Positions 15,053 to 27,857 of a DNA stretch of 35,452 nucleotides are shown one piece after another; the first letter of the stretch is position 1; each line of letters begins with the position of its first letter. Source of the stretch: Escherichia coli (GTDB taxonomy: Bacteria; Pseudomonadota; Gammaproteobacteria; Enterobacterales; Enterobacteriaceae). Made by a program: the position numbers and the translations under genes. The notes under the pieces were generated by a model that searched no databases, was not told the origin of the DNA, and saw nothing but the letters and a program-made list of their open reading frames with translations. The DNA lies in NCBI RefSeq assembly GCF_003334305.1, contig NZ_QOWS01000033.1; one strand, given 5' to 3'.

Positions 15053-15931
15053 TTAGAATAATTTTTTTGACCAGCCGAGCTTGGTGCTTAATGTGTTGAA
15101 ATAACTGTAATCTTTCGGATGAATCAGATTCAGATGGTAATCACAGCGACGAATCAGGACATCTTCACCTTCCTGAATCGGCAGTGCTATCTGGCTGTCG
15201 CAACTGATTTCCAGGTCGTTACGGCGATGCGAAAAACGCAGACGGATCGTGCTGCTGCTGTTTATGACCAGTGGTCGTGCTGACAACGTATGCGGGAACA
15301 TGGGCACCAGGGTAATCGCATCCAGAGAGGGGGTCAGAATAGGACCGCCTGCAGAGAGGGAATAGGCGGTGGAGCCTGTTGGCGTCGAAATAATTAGTCC
15401 ATCAGATCGCTGAGAAAACGCAAAGATCTCGTCGATATACACTTCGAACTCAATCATATGCGCCACTTTGCCTGGATGAAGCACCACTTCATTTATCGCG
15501 GTGCTGATGCGTTTCTGGCAATCTTGCTGACAGACTTGCGCTTCCAGCAAAAAACGTTTCTCGCTGATGTAGTGGCCTTCCAGCACATCGGCTAACTGTT
15601 GCTGGGCGTTATCGGGGTCAAGGTCAGTCAAGAAACCCAGGTTGCCACGGTTGATTCCAATAACTTTAATATCGTAACGGGCGAGTGTGCGCGCCGCGCC
15701 CAGCATATTACCGTCGCCACCAACGACTACCGCGAGATCAGCTAGTTGCCCAATCTCCGCGAGCGTGCCAGTTTTCACATTCTTCAGTTGCAGTTCGTGA
15801 GCGATTTGTTGCTCAACGATGACCTCGTAACCTTTTGTGCACAGCCAGCGGTAGAGCATTTCATGTGTTGTCAGTGCAGTAGGGTGCCGTGGGTGTCCCA
15901 CAATGCCAATACACTTGAAATGATTATTCAT
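15053..15931 (-). CDS. nadK: NAD kinase
   Basis: 292 aa, [17 protein letters not shown].., GGDGN motif. Confidence 0.97.
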
Positions 15932-15977
15932 TTTTCCGAGGTCCTTGTTGCGAAGATTGATGACAATGTGAGTGCTT

Positions 15978-16008
15978 CCCTTGAAACCCTGAAACTGATC
16001 CCCATAAT
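15978..16008 (+). promoter_or_regulatory. grpE sigma-32 heat-shock promoter
   Basis: CCCTTGAAA (15978-15986), 13 nt, CCCCATAAT (16000-16008). This matches the CTTGAAA-N13-15-CCCCATNT consensus. Confidence 0.85.
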
Positions 16009-16020
16009 AAGCGAAGTTAG

Positions 16021-16647
<627 letters not shown>

Positions 16648-16701
16648 TTTCTGTTTTCGTAATAATTCACGGCCCTGCATGCGAATGCAGGGCCGTTTTC
16701 G

Positions 16702-17988
16702 TTACTCCGCCACACTCTCGCGCAGCGGTTTCACAGGAAAAACTTTTACCTGCTTAATCATATTGTCCTGTACGTCGAGAATATCTATATCGTACTCGCC
16801 AATACGCACGCGGGTGCCTGCGACAGGGATCTCTTCCAGTGCCTCAAGAATGACGCCATTAACCGTGCGGGCATCATCTTCCGGTAGATGCCAGTTAAAG
16901 GCTTTGTTGATTTCCCGCACGTTGGCGGTGCCATCGATAATCACCGAACCGTCGTTTTGCGGCGTGACCTCTTCGGCAAGTGTTGGCGACATCGACGTAG
17001 TGAAATCGCCGACAATCTCTTCCAGAATATCTTCAACCGTCACCAGCCCCTGAATGTCGCCATACTCGTTGACGACCAGGCCGACTTTCTTTTTGTTGCG
17101 CTGAAACTTTACCAACTGCGTGCTGAGCGGCGTACCTTCCGGCACAAAATAGATCTCGTCCGCGGCGCGCAGCATGGTTTCTTTGGTGAACTCTTTTTTC
17201 TCCGACATCAACCGCCAGGCTTCACGTACTCGCAGCATACTGATGGCGTCGTCCAGCGAATCACGGTAGAGCACGATGCGCCCGTGAGGTGAGTGGGAGA
17301 GTTGGCGCAGAATCGATTTCCAGTCATCGTTGATATCAATACCGATAATTTCACTGCGCGGCACCATGATGTCATCAACGGTCATTTTTTCCAGATCGAG
17401 CACCGACAGCAGCATATCCTGATTGCGACGGGAAATTTGTGAGCGTGATTCGTGCACGATAGTGCGCAACTCTTCTTTGCTCAAAGAGCCGCTAACCACG
17501 ATATCGGTTTTGATACCCATCATGCGCATCAGCATACGGGTGATAGCATTCAGCAACCAGACCAGCGGCATCATCAAAATTTGCAGCGGAGCCAGCAGAA
17601 AACTACTCGGATAAGCGACTTTTTCCGGGTACAGCGCGGCAATGGTTTTCGGCAATACCTCAGCAAAAACCAGTACGACAAAAGTCAGCACACCAGTCGC
17701 AATTGCCACGCCCGCATCGCCGTACAAACGCATCCCAACAATAGTGCCGAGCGCGGAGGCAAGAATATTGACCAGGTTATTGCCGATTAACACCAGGCTT
17801 ATCAGGCGGTCTGGCTTACGCAGCAATTTTTCGACGCGTTTGGCCGAGCGATTACCCTGTTTCGCCATATGTCGCAGACGATAGCGGTTGAGGGTCATCA
17901 TTCCGGTTTCGGACCCGGAAAAATAGGCTGAAATGACCACCATGATGATCAGAATAATGATCAACGTAGTAGTAGAAATGTGTTCCAG
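16702..17988 (-). CDS. yfjD: CNNM/CorC-type inner membrane protein YfjD (DUF21-CBS-CorC_HlyC)
   Basis: The sequence is recognised. The ORF track begins at the TTG at 17964. An AAGGAG at 18000-17995 sits 6 nt before a CTG at 17988, which would give (M)EHISTTT.. and 428 aa. Confidence 0.85.
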   Translation of the reverse strand: MEHISTTTLIIILIIMVVISAYFSGSETGMMTLNRYRLRHMAKQGNRSAKRVEKLLRKPDRLISLVLIGNNLVNILASALGTIVGMRLYGDAGVAIATGVLTFVVLVFAEVLPKTIAALYPEKVAYPSSFLLAPLQILMMPLVWLLNAITRMLMRMMGIKTDIVVSGSLSKEELRTIVHESRSQISRRNQDMLLSVLDLEKMTVDDIMVPRSEIIGIDINDDWKSILRQLSHSPHGRIVLYRDSLDDAISMLRVREAWRLMSEKKEFTKETMLRAADEIYFVPEGTPLSTQLVKFQRNKKKVGLVVNEYGDIQGLVTVEDILEEIVGDFTTSMSPTLAEEVTPQNDGSVIIDGTANVREINKAFNWHLPEDDARTVNGVILEALEEIPVAGTRVRIGEYDIDILDVQDNMIKQVKVFPVKPLRESVAE

Positions 17989-18008
17989 GGGAAACTCCTT
18001 TTCTGGGT

Positions 18009-18800
18009 TTAGCTGATTAACTGCTGGACAATTCGGCTGCCGAAGTAGGCCAGTGTCAGGATGACTGCACCCGCAACGTTAAACCAGACGACACGGCGTC
18101 CACGCCATCCTTCATGATAATGTCCCCACAGCAGCACAATATAGACAAACCACGCCACGATAGAGAGCACGGCCTTGTCGATATTTTCCATGCTAAATAA
18201 GTTGTGCATGTAGAACAGGCCAGTGCAAAGCGTGAGCGTTAGTAGCACCACGCCAATCTGCGTGATGTGGAACATTTTACGCTCGATACTCATCAATGGC
18301 GGCATTTCTTGGTTAAACGCCAGCTTCTTGTTCTTCAGTTGGTAATCAATCCACGCCAGTTGTAGCGCGTACAGGGCGGCAATTATCAGCGTGGCATAGG
18401 AAAAGAGCGATAAGCCAATGTGCACCAGCATCCCAGGCGTTGCTTCCAGATGGGTGATGTATTCATTGGGCATGAAGGTCGCCAGCGCCAGGTTGATAAG
18501 CGCAAAGGCATAGACAATGGGTAGCAGCAACCAGCCACGATTGCGAGAAGCCACAATGGTCATTACCGTACAGATCATCAAACTGACCAATGAACCAACG
18601 TTCAGCAGGCTGAGGTTTTGTCCGCTATCACCGTCGGGCAGGATGCGGGCTTCCAGAGCGATTGCGTGGCAGACCAGCGCAATGACCGCAGAAATAATAG
18701 CCATGCGCCGCCAGCCGCCGTTTTTTTGCAGCAGACCGGGAACAATCAGCGCAAGACTGACGGAGTAGGCGACAAGCGCGAGCAGAGCAAAAACGGGCAT
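18009..18800 (-). CDS. ypjD: Inner membrane protein YpjD (CcmC/CcsA-like family)
   Basis: Polytopic membrane ORF. The start MPVFALLALVAYS (18800) gives 263 aa, as I recall for K-12. The longest ORF extends to 18875. Confidence 0.85.
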   Translation of the reverse strand: MPVFALLALVAYSVSLALIVPGLLQKNGGWRRMAIISAVIALVCHAIALEARILPDGDSGQNLSLLNVGSLVSLMICTVMTIVASRNRGWLLLPIVYAFALINLALATFMPNEYITHLEATPGMLVHIGLSLFSYATLIIAALYALQLAWIDYQLKNKKLAFNQEMPPLMSIERKMFHITQIGVVLLTLTLCTGLFYMHNLFSMENIDKAVLSIVAWFVYIVLLWGHYHEGWRGRRVVWFNVAGAVILTLAYFGSRIVQQLIS

Positions 18801-18966
18801 AGTGATGTCGACAGTTTGAGCAATAAGAAAGAGAAGCAGTATAGCGTCAGGTGAACGCTGCTCCAACCGTTGCATAACAACAAAGACGCCTTCATGTTAT
18901 ACTGCGGCAAAATACTGATGATGTGTCGCGATTGCGGCCAACCGTTTCCACCCCAGGCGAGAGACA

Positions 18967-20328
18967 ATGTTTGATAATTTAACCGATCGTTTGTCGCGCA
19001 CGCTGCGCAATATCAGTGGCCGTGGACGCCTCACTGAAGACAACGTAAAAGATACGCTGCGCGAAGTGCGCATGGCGCTGCTGGAGGCGGACGTCGCTCT
19101 GCCGGTAGTGCGTGAGTTTATCAATCGCGTAAAAGAGAAAGCGGTTGGTCATGAAGTTAATAAGAGCCTGACGCCGGGGCAGGAGTTCGTCAAAATCGTC
19201 CGTAACGAACTGGTTGCGGCGATGGGCGAAGAGAACCAGACCCTGAACCTGGCGGCGCAACCGCCTGCGGTCGTGCTGATGGCGGGCCTGCAAGGTGCCG
19301 GTAAAACAACCAGCGTTGGTAAACTCGGTAAGTTCCTGCGCGAGAAGCACAAGAAGAAAGTACTGGTGGTTTCTGCCGACGTTTATCGCCCGGCGGCAAT
19401 CAAACAGCTTGAGACGCTGGCAGAGCAGGTGGGCGTTGATTTCTTCCCTTCTGATGTTGGTCAGAAGCCGGTAGATATCGTTAACGCGGCGCTGAAAGAA
19501 GCCAAACTGAAATTCTACGACGTGCTGCTGGTGGATACCGCTGGTCGTCTGCACGTTGACGAAGCGATGATGGACGAGATCAAACAAGTCCATGCGTCGA
19601 TTAACCCGGTTGAAACCCTGTTTGTGGTTGACGCCATGACCGGTCAGGATGCGGCCAATACGGCAAAAGCATTCAATGAAGCGTTACCGCTTACCGGCGT
19701 AGTGTTGACCAAAGTGGACGGCGATGCCCGCGGCGGTGCGGCGCTCTCTATTCGTCACATCACTGGCAAACCGATCAAGTTTCTCGGTGTTGGCGAGAAA
19801 ACTGAGGCGCTGGAGCCGTTCCATCCGGACCGCATCGCGTCGCGTATTCTCGGCATGGGCGACGTACTGTCGCTGATCGAAGATATCGAAAGCAAAGTTG
19901 ACCGCGCGCAGGCAGAGAAATTAGCCAGCAAGCTGAAAAAAGGCGACGGCTTCGATCTCAACGATTTTCTTGAGCAACTGCGCCAGATGAAAAATATGGG
20001 CGGCATGGCTAGCCTGATGGGCAAGCTGCCGGGCATGGGGCAGATCCCGGATAATGTTAAGTCGCAGATGGACGATAAAGTGCTGGTGCGTATGGAAGCC
20101 ATCATCAACTCGATGACGATGAAAGAGCGCGCTAAGCCAGAAATCATCAAAGGTTCGCGTAAGCGTCGTATCGCTGCCGGTTGCGGTATGCAGGTGCAGG
20201 ACGTGAACCGCCTTCTGAAGCAGTTCGACGACATGCAGCGCATGATGAAGAAAATGAAGAAAGGCGGAATGGCGAAGATGATGAGAAGCATGAAGGGTAT
20301 GATGCCCCCAGGCTTCCCTGGTCGCTAA
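18967..20328 (+). CDS. ffh: Signal recognition particle protein Ffh
   Basis: 453 aa with GLQGAGKTT, DTAGR and a Met-rich C-terminal M domain. Confidence 0.98.
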   Translation: MFDNLTDRLSRTLRNISGRGRLTEDNVKDTLREVRMALLEADVALPVVREFINRVKEKAVGHEVNKSLTPGQEFVKIVRNELVAAMGEENQTLNLAAQPPAVVLMAGLQGAGKTTSVGKLGKFLREKHKKKVLVVSADVYRPAAIKQLETLAEQVGVDFFPSDVGQKPVDIVNAALKEAKLKFYDVLLVDTAGRLHVDEAMMDEIKQVHASINPVETLFVVDAMTGQDAANTAKAFNEALPLTGVVLTKVDGDARGGAALSIRHITGKPIKFLGVGEKTEALEPFHPDRIASRILGMGDVLSLIEDIESKVDRAQAEKLASKLKKGDGFDLNDFLEQLRQMKNMGGMASLMGKLPGMGQIPDNVKSQMDDKVLVRMEAIINSMTMKERAKPEIIKGSRKRRIAAGCGMQVQDVNRLLKQFDDMQRMMKKMKKGGMAKMMRSMKGMMPPGFPGR

Positions 20329-20473
20329 TCGGCCTGGCTTGTTTGCCATTTTGGCACCGGGATGTGCTCGTCATCCTCACGTACTGCGTGTACGCTCCGG
20401 TGACTGCGCGCACTCCGGCACCAAACTGGCTGCACCGCCGACGGCCTTTTACAGCAGAGTTAGCAACTGTTGA

Positions 20474-20825
<352 letters not shown>

Positions 20826-20843
20826 TCTGTCACGGTGGTCATG

Positions 20844-21392
20844 ATGAGCAAACAACTCACCGCGCAAGCACCTGTTGATCCCATCGTTTTGGGGAAAATG
20901 GGTTCGTCTTACGGTATTCGTGGGTGGCTCAGAGTGTTTTCTTCCACCGAAGACGCCGAAAGCATTTTTGACTATCAGCCCTGGTTTATCCAGAAGGCGG
21001 GTCAGTGGCAGCAAGTCCAGCTGGAAAGCTGGAAGCACCACAATCAGGACATGATCATCAAGCTGAAAGGCGTTGACGATCGTGATGCGGCGAACCTGCT
21101 GACGAATTGTGAAATTGTCGTGGATTCATCGCAGCTGCCTCAGCTTGAAGAGGGGGACTACTACTGGAAAGACCTGATGGGCTGCCAGGTAGTAACCACT
21201 GAAGGCTACGATCTCGGTAAAGTCGTCGATATGATGGAAACCGGATCTAATGACGTTCTCGTCATTAAGGCAAACCTGAAAGATGCGTTTGGTATCAAGG
21301 AACGTCTCGTACCGTTCCTCGATGGGCAGGTTATCAAGAAAGTCGATCTCACTACTCGTTCAATCGAAGTAGATTGGGATCCTGGTTTTTAA
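20844..21392 (+). CDS. rimM: 16S rRNA processing protein RimM
   Basis: [33 protein letters not shown].., 182 aa. Confidence 0.97.
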
Positions 21393-21422
21393 ACCACCGG
21401 ATAAACGGTAAAAGACGGCGCT

Positions 21423-22190
21423 ATGTGGATTGGCATAATTAGCCTGTTTCCTGAAATGTTCCGCGCAATTACCGATTACGGGGTAACTGGCCGGGCAGTT
21501 AAAAATGGCCTGCTGAGCATCCAGAGTTGGAGTCCTCGCGACTTCACGCATGACCGGCACCGTACCGTGGACGATCGTCCTTACGGCGGCGGACCGGGGA
21601 TGTTAATGATGGTGCAACCCTTGCGGGACGCCATTCATGCAGCAAAAGCCGCGGCGGGTGAAGGCGCAAAGGTGATTTATCTGTCACCACAGGGACGCAA
21701 GCTTGATCAAGCGGGCGTCAGCGAACTGGCAACGAATCAAAAATTGATTCTGGTGTGCGGTCGCTACGAAGGTATAGATGAGCGCGTGATCCAAACCGAA
21801 ATTGACGAAGAATGGTCAATCGGCGATTACGTTCTCAGTGGTGGTGAGTTACCAGCAATGACGCTGATTGACTCCGTTTCCCGGTTTATTCCGGGAGTAC
21901 TGGGACATGAAGCCTCGGCAACGGAAGATTCCTTTGCTGAAGGATTGCTGGATTGCCCGCACTATACGCGGCCTGAGGTGTTAGAAGGGATGGAAGTTCC
22001 GCCAGTGTTACTGTCGGGCAACCATGCCGAGATACGTCGCTGGCGTTTGAAACAGTCGCTGGGCCGTACCTGGCTTAGAAGACCTGAACTTCTGGAAAAC
22101 CTGGCTCTGACTGAAGAGCAAGCAAGGTTGCTGGCGGAGTTCAAAACGGAACACGCACAACAGCAACATAAACATGATGGGATGGCGTAA
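21423..22190 (+). CDS. trmD: tRNA (m1G37) methyltransferase TrmD
   Basis: 255 aa, [29 protein letters not shown].. Confidence 0.98.
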
Positions 22191-22228
22191 GCCCCCGAGA
22201 TATCAGTTTACCCAGGATAAGAGATTAA

Positions 22229-22579
<351 letters not shown>

Positions 22580-22609
22580 GATTTCGCTTAAGCGACATCC
22601 TGTTAAGAA

Positions 22610-22638
22610 GGGCTGGCCAATTGGCTGGCCCTTTTTTT
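22610..22638 (+). terminator. rplS operon terminator
   Basis: GGGCTGGCC-AATT-GGCTGGCCC (two G.U pairs) followed by T7. Confidence 0.8.
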
Positions 22639-22655
22639 ATCTGTTTGCTCGTGTT

Positions 22656-23138
22656 TTAAGGGGTAGTAATCACCACTGCGACGCGGCGGTTCTCGGCGCG
22701 GCCCTGGGCGGTCTTGTTACTGGCTATGGGATATTTTTTTCCTAAACCCTGTGTGGTGAGATTGCTGCGTGGAATTTGTCCACCCATAGCCCATGCATCG
22801 GCCACGACATTCGCCCGTTTCAATGATAAGCCTTCGTTGTAACTGTCTTCACCATAGTTATCGGTGTGTCCATCCATACGGGCATGTGTTAGCCCTGTCG
22901 AGGCCAATTTGGCTGCCATGGTTTGGATCTGTTGCTGGCTTTCCGGGAGCAATTTGTAGTCATTTTTTGCGAACAGAATGGCATCTGATAAGCCCAGCGA
23001 CCAGTCGCCGGCGGATTCAGTAAATCCATAAGATTGCATAGCGGCGACTTGCTCAGGAGTAAACTTTCCCTGAGGGGACTGGCAGCCAGTCAGTATTAGT
23101 GAGGTGAAAATCAGGGGTGCTACCAGGTGCTTTATCAT
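22656..23138 (-). CDS. yfiB: OmpA-family lipoprotein YfiB
   Basis: 160 aa, lipobox LTGC, OmpA-like C-terminus (NRRVAVV). Confidence 0.95.
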   Translation of the reverse strand: MIKHLVAPLIFTSLILTGCQSPQGKFTPEQVAAMQSYGFTESAGDWSLGLSDAILFAKNDYKLLPESQQQIQTMAAKLASTGLTHARMDGHTDNYGEDSYNEGLSLKRANVVADAWAMGGQIPRSNLTTQGLGKKYPIASNKTAQGRAENRRVAVVITTP

Positions 23139-23153
23139 ATCGATATATCCTTG

Positions 23154-24380
23154 TTATCTCACCAGCTTTTCGGCACGCTGGTGTTTGGCCTGATACATAT
23201 TGTGATCGGCAAGCTCTTGTAATTTTTCCGCAGAGGCGTGCTCAATGGTCATCGCGTAACCAATGCTTAATGTCATGGTGGTCTGATGGCCATTATGAAG
23301 ATCAAACGGGAGATTAAAGATTTGTGTCAGTGCTGAGCATATCTGCTGCACTTCAGATTCTGACTGTACATCATAGAGCACCATAGCGAATTCATCGCCG
23401 CCCAGGCGGTATGCTTTATGTCGCAGCCCGCCAAATTCAGCTAACCGTTTTGCGATTTCAATCAAGACCCTATCGCCCGTCGCATGACCCCAGGTATCAT
23501 TGATGTATTTGAAATTATCGCCATCAAGAAATAGTAACGCCGACGTTTTTCGGGCATCGGAATTGTTCATCAACGTGTTGATGCCGCTACGAAACGCTGC
23601 GCGGTTAGCCAGCCCGGTTAATGGGTCATGTAGCGCGGTACGTAGAAGCTGCGCATTTTTAGCCTGTAAACGAAGCTGCCACTCTTCCATTTCATCCAGC
23701 AGACTGTTGAAGTCGAGAGCGAAGCGGTGAAACTCAGCGATACGTTCTTCCGAAACTCGTCGGGAAAAATTGCGGTTGGAACGCACATCATGTACGACAT
23801 CGGTGATATTTTTCAGTGCTTCCACCAGGCCATTGTGCAAATGGCGGGTGAGGGTAATTGCGATTCCTGATGCCAGCAGAATACAACCGGTCAGTACGGC
23901 GAGCGAAAACCAGATAAAATGGCTGATTGAACTGTCGCGAGCGGTTAAGCGTACTTCGCCAATGGTTTCGCCATTGTGACGAATCGGCTGAATGATGGGG
24001 GCAGGGAAGAGCCAGTGGCTTATGAAATTGCTGAAAGTATCGCCTGGATCCTTACGGGTGTAATGCCAGGATGCCAGAATATTTTGCTGCTTATCACGTA
24101 CTTCTGCAGTTGAAAATTGCCCTTGCTGGCCCAGCGCTGCCAGTGTTTCAGTTGCTGCAGGGCCATCGGCAAAAACGACAGCTGCTTCCAGACTGTAAGT
24201 CATTGTTGCTGCTGTCAGTGCCAGGTTTTTTTGCGCGTACTGTTTCAGGGTCAGCACCGAGGTCACGGAAAGCAGCAACCAGATCAGCATCATAGTGATA
24301 AATATGCTGGTCATACTGATGTTGCGTAATGCTCTTTTAAACGTGGGGCGCTTATTAAGAGAATTATCGTTATCCATCAT
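23154..24380 (-). CDS. dgcN: Diguanylate cyclase DgcN (YfiN)
   Basis: 408 aa, TM-HAMP-GGDEF (RLGGDEFAM). Confidence 0.95.
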
Positions 24381-24888
24381 TTTTCTTCCGTGCGAGCATT
24401 AAGACATCCGGGTTGACCTTTACACCGCTACGCGATAAGGCATCCAGGTTTACGGCAAATCTGACGTCATTATTGTGGATGATCAGACAAAAGGCGCTAC
24501 CAATAATGCACTCGGTATTTTGTTCGGCAATTAATAATAACGCCTTTGACGGATATTGTTCGGTTAATTCCATCTGGAATGTCGGTGACTCGTTGCCAAA
24601 ATAAAAACCATTGCAGCCTGAAATCATCGCCTCTTGTTGAGTGTGAATGATGACAGGCAGATAAGGCAAAGATGTCGCGGCATTCTCTTGTAGGGCGGTA
24701 CTAAAACGTGAAGATGAAAAGATACATAACTTTGGTGGCCCTGATAGCGCAGGCCAGCGGGTGTAACTGACAATACCGGAAACCATCATACGCACGTTTT
24801 TCGCAACGTCAGAAGGCTCCTGAGCGAGTATTGGTGCTCCCGTCAGCAGGAGAATCAGAAGTAAGAACAGTCGGTGAGAAAAACGCAT
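24370..24888 (-). CDS. yfiR: Periplasmic DgcN repressor YfiR
   Basis: 172 aa with a signal peptide. It overlaps the dgcN start by 11 nt, as in the yfiRNB operon. Confidence 0.93.
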
Positions 24889-25037
24889 TCAGGGATCCCC
24901 ACCATCTTCGCTCGAAATGCATCGATATTTTTTCAGAATGCTCATTAAAATATCATTTTTTCATGCGATCGTCATCAATGTGAGAAATAAAACACAATGA
25001 GTAAAATCTTATGTTTAATTTATTTGTGGGGTTTTAA

Positions 25038-25403
25038 TTAATTTAATCGTATTGTGCTGGCATTTTCATCAGCCCCTTTTTGCCATACTTCATGCAGTTG
25101 GCTGGCATTTTCAACATTGTTGCAGCTGGCAGGAAAGCTTTTACCGGAAAGTCCCCGGGCATAAGTAAAATCGGTCTGGCAAGTTTTCTTTTGTCCTTCG
25201 GCATATCCTTTAAGGTATAGACCGCGATCCGCCTGTGAATCGCTAAATGCATCGTCATCTTTTATGGCGCTGCCCGATATCGCATCTTCCATACCAACAT
25301 CATACCAGTCGGTGCTGGTCAAGGTTGGCGCGTGAGTATAAGGATCAATCTGACATCCGCTAACCAGTAAAGCCAACAAGGGGGCGATAAACTTTTTCAT
25401 CAT
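25038..25403 (-). CDS. yfiL: Lipoprotein YfiL
   Basis: MMKKFIAPLLALLVSGC.., lipobox, 121 aa from the ATG at 25403, preceded by AGGAGAAAG. Confidence 0.85.
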   Translation of the reverse strand: MMKKFIAPLLALLVSGCQIDPYTHAPTLTSTDWYDVGMEDAISGSAIKDDDAFSDSQADRGLYLKGYAEGQKKTCQTDFTYARGLSGKSFPASCNNVENASQLHEVWQKGADENASTIRLN

Positions 25404-25449
25404 TTCTTTCTCCTTTTTCAAAGCATAGCGGATTGTTTTCAAAGGGAGT

Positions 25450-25556
25450 GTAAACTTATCTATACAGAAGTAAGGGTTGAAATCGCGACTAAATTGCCTG
25501 TGTAAATAAAAATGTACGAAATATGGATTGAAAACTTTACTTTATGTGTTATCGTT
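25450..25556 (+). promoter_or_regulatory. aroF promoter with TyrR boxes
   Basis: TyrR-box-like sites (TGTAAA-N6-TTTACA): 25450-25467 TGTAAACTTATCTATACA, 25502-25519 TGTAAATAAAAATGTACG, and a weak 25525-42 TGGATTGAAAACTTTACT. Putative -35 TTGAAA is at 25529-25534 and -10 TATCGT at 25551-25556. Confidence 0.65.
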
Positions 25557-25612
25557 ACGTCATCCTCGCTGAGGATCAACTATCGCAAACGAGCATAAAC
25601 AGGATCGCCATC

Positions 25613-26683
25613 ATGCAAAAAGACGCGCTGAATAACGTACATATTACCGACGAACAGGTTTTAATGACTCCGGAACAACTGAAGGCCGCTTTTCCATTGA
25701 GCCTGCAACAAGAAGCCCAGATTGCTGACTCGCGTAGAACCATTTCAGATATTATCGCCGGGCGCGATCCTCGTCTGCTGGTAGTATGTGGTCCTTGTTC
25801 CATTCATGATCCGGAAACTGCTCTGGAATATGCTCGTCGATTTAAAGCCCTTGCCGCAGAGGTCAGCGATAGCCTCTATCTGGTAATGCGCGTCTATTTT
25901 GAAAAACCCCGTACCACTGTCGGCTGGAAAGGGTTAATTAACGATCCCCATATGGATGGCTCTTTTGATGTAGAAGCCGGGCTGCAGATCGCGCGTAAAT
26001 TGCTGCTTGAGCTGGTGAATATGGGACTGCCACTGGCGACGGAAGCGTTAGATCCGAATAGCCCGCAATACCTGGGCGATCTGTTTAGCTGGTCAGCAAT
26101 TGGTGCTCGTACAACGGAATCGCAAACTCACCGTGAAATGGCCTCCGGGCTTTCCATGCCGGTTGGTTTTAAAAACGGCACCGACGGCAGTCTGGCAACA
26201 GCAATTAACGCTATGCGCGCCGCCGCCCAGCCGCACCGTTTTGTTGGCATTAACCAGGCAGGGCAGGTTGCGTTGCTACAAACTCAGGGGAATCCGGACG
26301 GGCATGTCATCCTGCGCGGTGGTAAAGCGCCGAACTATAGCCCTGCGGATGTTGCGCAATGTGAAAAAGAGATGGAACAGGCGGGACTGCGCCCGTCTCT
26401 GATGGTAGATTGCAGCCACGGTAATTCCAATAAAGATTATCGCCGTCAGCCTGCGGTGGCAGAATCCGTGGTTGCTCAAATCAAAGATGGCAATCGCTCA
26501 ATTATTGGTCTGATGATCGAAAGTAATATCCACGAGGGCAATCAGTCTTCCGAGCAACCGCGCAGTGAAATGAAATACGGTGTATCCGTAACCGATGCCT
26601 GCATTAGCTGGGAAATGACCGATGCCTTGCTGCGTGAAATTCATCAGGATCTGAACGGGCAGCTGACGGCTCGCGTGGCTTAA
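25613..26683 (+). CDS. aroF: DAHP synthase, Tyr-sensitive
   Basis: [30 protein letters not shown].., 356 aa. The ORF-track start at 25544 is upstream in the promoter/leader region. Confidence 0.97.
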   Translation: MQKDALNNVHITDEQVLMTPEQLKAAFPLSLQQEAQIADSRRTISDIIAGRDPRLLVVCGPCSIHDPETALEYARRFKALAAEVSDSLYLVMRVYFEKPRTTVGWKGLINDPHMDGSFDVEAGLQIARKLLLELVNMGLPLATEALDPNSPQYLGDLFSWSAIGARTTESQTHREMASGLSMPVGFKNGTDGSLATAINAMRAAAQPHRFVGINQAGQVALLQTQGNPDGHVILRGGKAPNYSPADVAQCEKEMEQAGLRPSLMVDCSHGNSNKDYRRQPAVAESVVAQIKDGNRSIIGLMIESNIHEGNQSSEQPRSEMKYGVSVTDACISWEMTDALLREIHQDLNGQLTARVA

Positions 26684-26693
26684 GAGGTTTATT

Positions 26694-27815
26694 ATGGTTG
26701 CTGAATTGACCGCATTACGCGATCAAATTGATGAAGTCGATAAAGCGCTGCTGAATTTATTAGCGAAGCGTCTGGAACTGGTTGCTGAAGTGGGCGAGGT
26801 GAAAAGCCGCTTTGGACTGCCTATTTATGTTCCGGAGCGCGAGGCATCTATGTTGGCCTCGCGTCGTGCAGAGGCGGAAGCTCTGGGTGTACCGCCAGAT
26901 CTGATTGAGGATGTTTTGCGTCGGATGATGCGTGAATCTTACTCCAGTGAAAACGACAAAGGATTTAAAACACTTTGTCCGTCACTGCGTCCGGTGGTTA
27001 TCGTCGGCGGTGGCGGTCAGATGGGACGCCTGTTCGAGAAGATGCTGACACTATCGGGTTATCAGGTGCGGATTCTGGAGCAACATGACTGGGATCGAGC
27101 GGCTGATATTGTTGCCGATGCCGGAATGGTGATTGTTAGTGTGCCAATCCACGTTACTGAGCAAGTTATCGGCAAATTACCGCCTTTACCGAAAGATTGT
27201 ATTCTGGTTGATCTGGCATCAGTGAAAAATGGACCATTACAGGCCATGCTGGCGGCGCACGATGGCCCGGTACTGGGGTTACACCCGATGTTCGGCCCGG
27301 ACAGCGGTAGCCTGGCAAAGCAAGTTGTGGTCTGGTGTGATGGACGTAAGCCGGAAGCATACCAATGGTTTCTGGAGCAAATTCAGGTCTGGGGCGCTCG
27401 GCTGCATCGTATTAGCGCTGTCGAGCACGATCAGAATATGGCGTTTATTCAGGCTCTGCGCCACTTTGCTACTTTTGCTTATGGGCTGCATCTGGCAGAA
27501 GAAAATGTTCAGCTTGAGCAACTTCTGGCGCTCTCTTCGCCGATTTACCGCCTTGAGCTGGCGATGGTCGGGCGACTGTTTGCTCAGGATCCGCAGCTTT
27601 ATGCCGACATTATTATGTCGTCAGAGCGTAATCTGGCGTTAATCAAACGTTACTATAAGCGTTTCGGCGAGGCGATTGAGTTGCTGGAGCAGGGCGATAA
27701 GCAGGCGTTTATTGACAGTTTCCGCAAGGTGGAGCACTGGTTCGGCGATTACGCACAGCGTTTTCAGAGTGAAAGCCGCGTGTTATTGCGTCAGGCGAAT
27801 GACAACCGCCAGTAA
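26694..27815 (+). CDS. tyrA: Chorismate mutase / prephenate dehydrogenase (T-protein)
   Basis: 373 aa, [33 protein letters not shown].. Confidence 0.98.
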   Translation: MVAELTALRDQIDEVDKALLNLLAKRLELVAEVGEVKSRFGLPIYVPEREASMLASRRAEAEALGVPPDLIEDVLRRMMRESYSSENDKGFKTLCPSLRPVVIVGGGGQMGRLFEKMLTLSGYQVRILEQHDWDRAADIVADAGMVIVSVPIHVTEQVIGKLPPLPKDCILVDLASVKNGPLQAMLAAHDGPVLGLHPMFGPDSGSLAKQVVVWCDGRKPEAYQWFLEQIQVWGARLHRISAVEHDQNMAFIQALRHFATFAYGLHLAEENVQLEQLLALSSPIYRLELAMVGRLFAQDPQLYADIIMSSERNLALIKRYYKRFGEAIELLEQGDKQAFIDSFRKVEHWFGDYAQRFQSESRVLLRQANDNRQ

Positions 27816-27822
27816 TAATCCA

Positions 27823-27855
27823 GTGCCGGATGATTCACATCATCCGGCACCTTTT
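27823..27855. terminator. Shared convergent terminator of tyrA and pheA
   Basis: GTGCCGGATGAT-TCAC-ATCATCCGGCAC is a perfect 12-bp stem, followed by CTTTTC. Confidence 0.85.
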
Positions 27856-27857
27856 CA

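Noticed and set aside
18801-18875. 25-codon N-terminal extension of ypjD
   Set aside because: The extension is not hydrophobic or signal-like. As I recall, the K-12 protein starts at MPVFALL, and the extension would run into the ffh promoter region.
20329-20470. GC-rich ffh-rpsP intergenic stretch, examined for REP/BIME or small ORFs (20181-20498, 20147-20563)
   Set aside because: I found no clear REP palindrome by eye. The ORFs overlap ffh or the promoter in other frames and look spurious.
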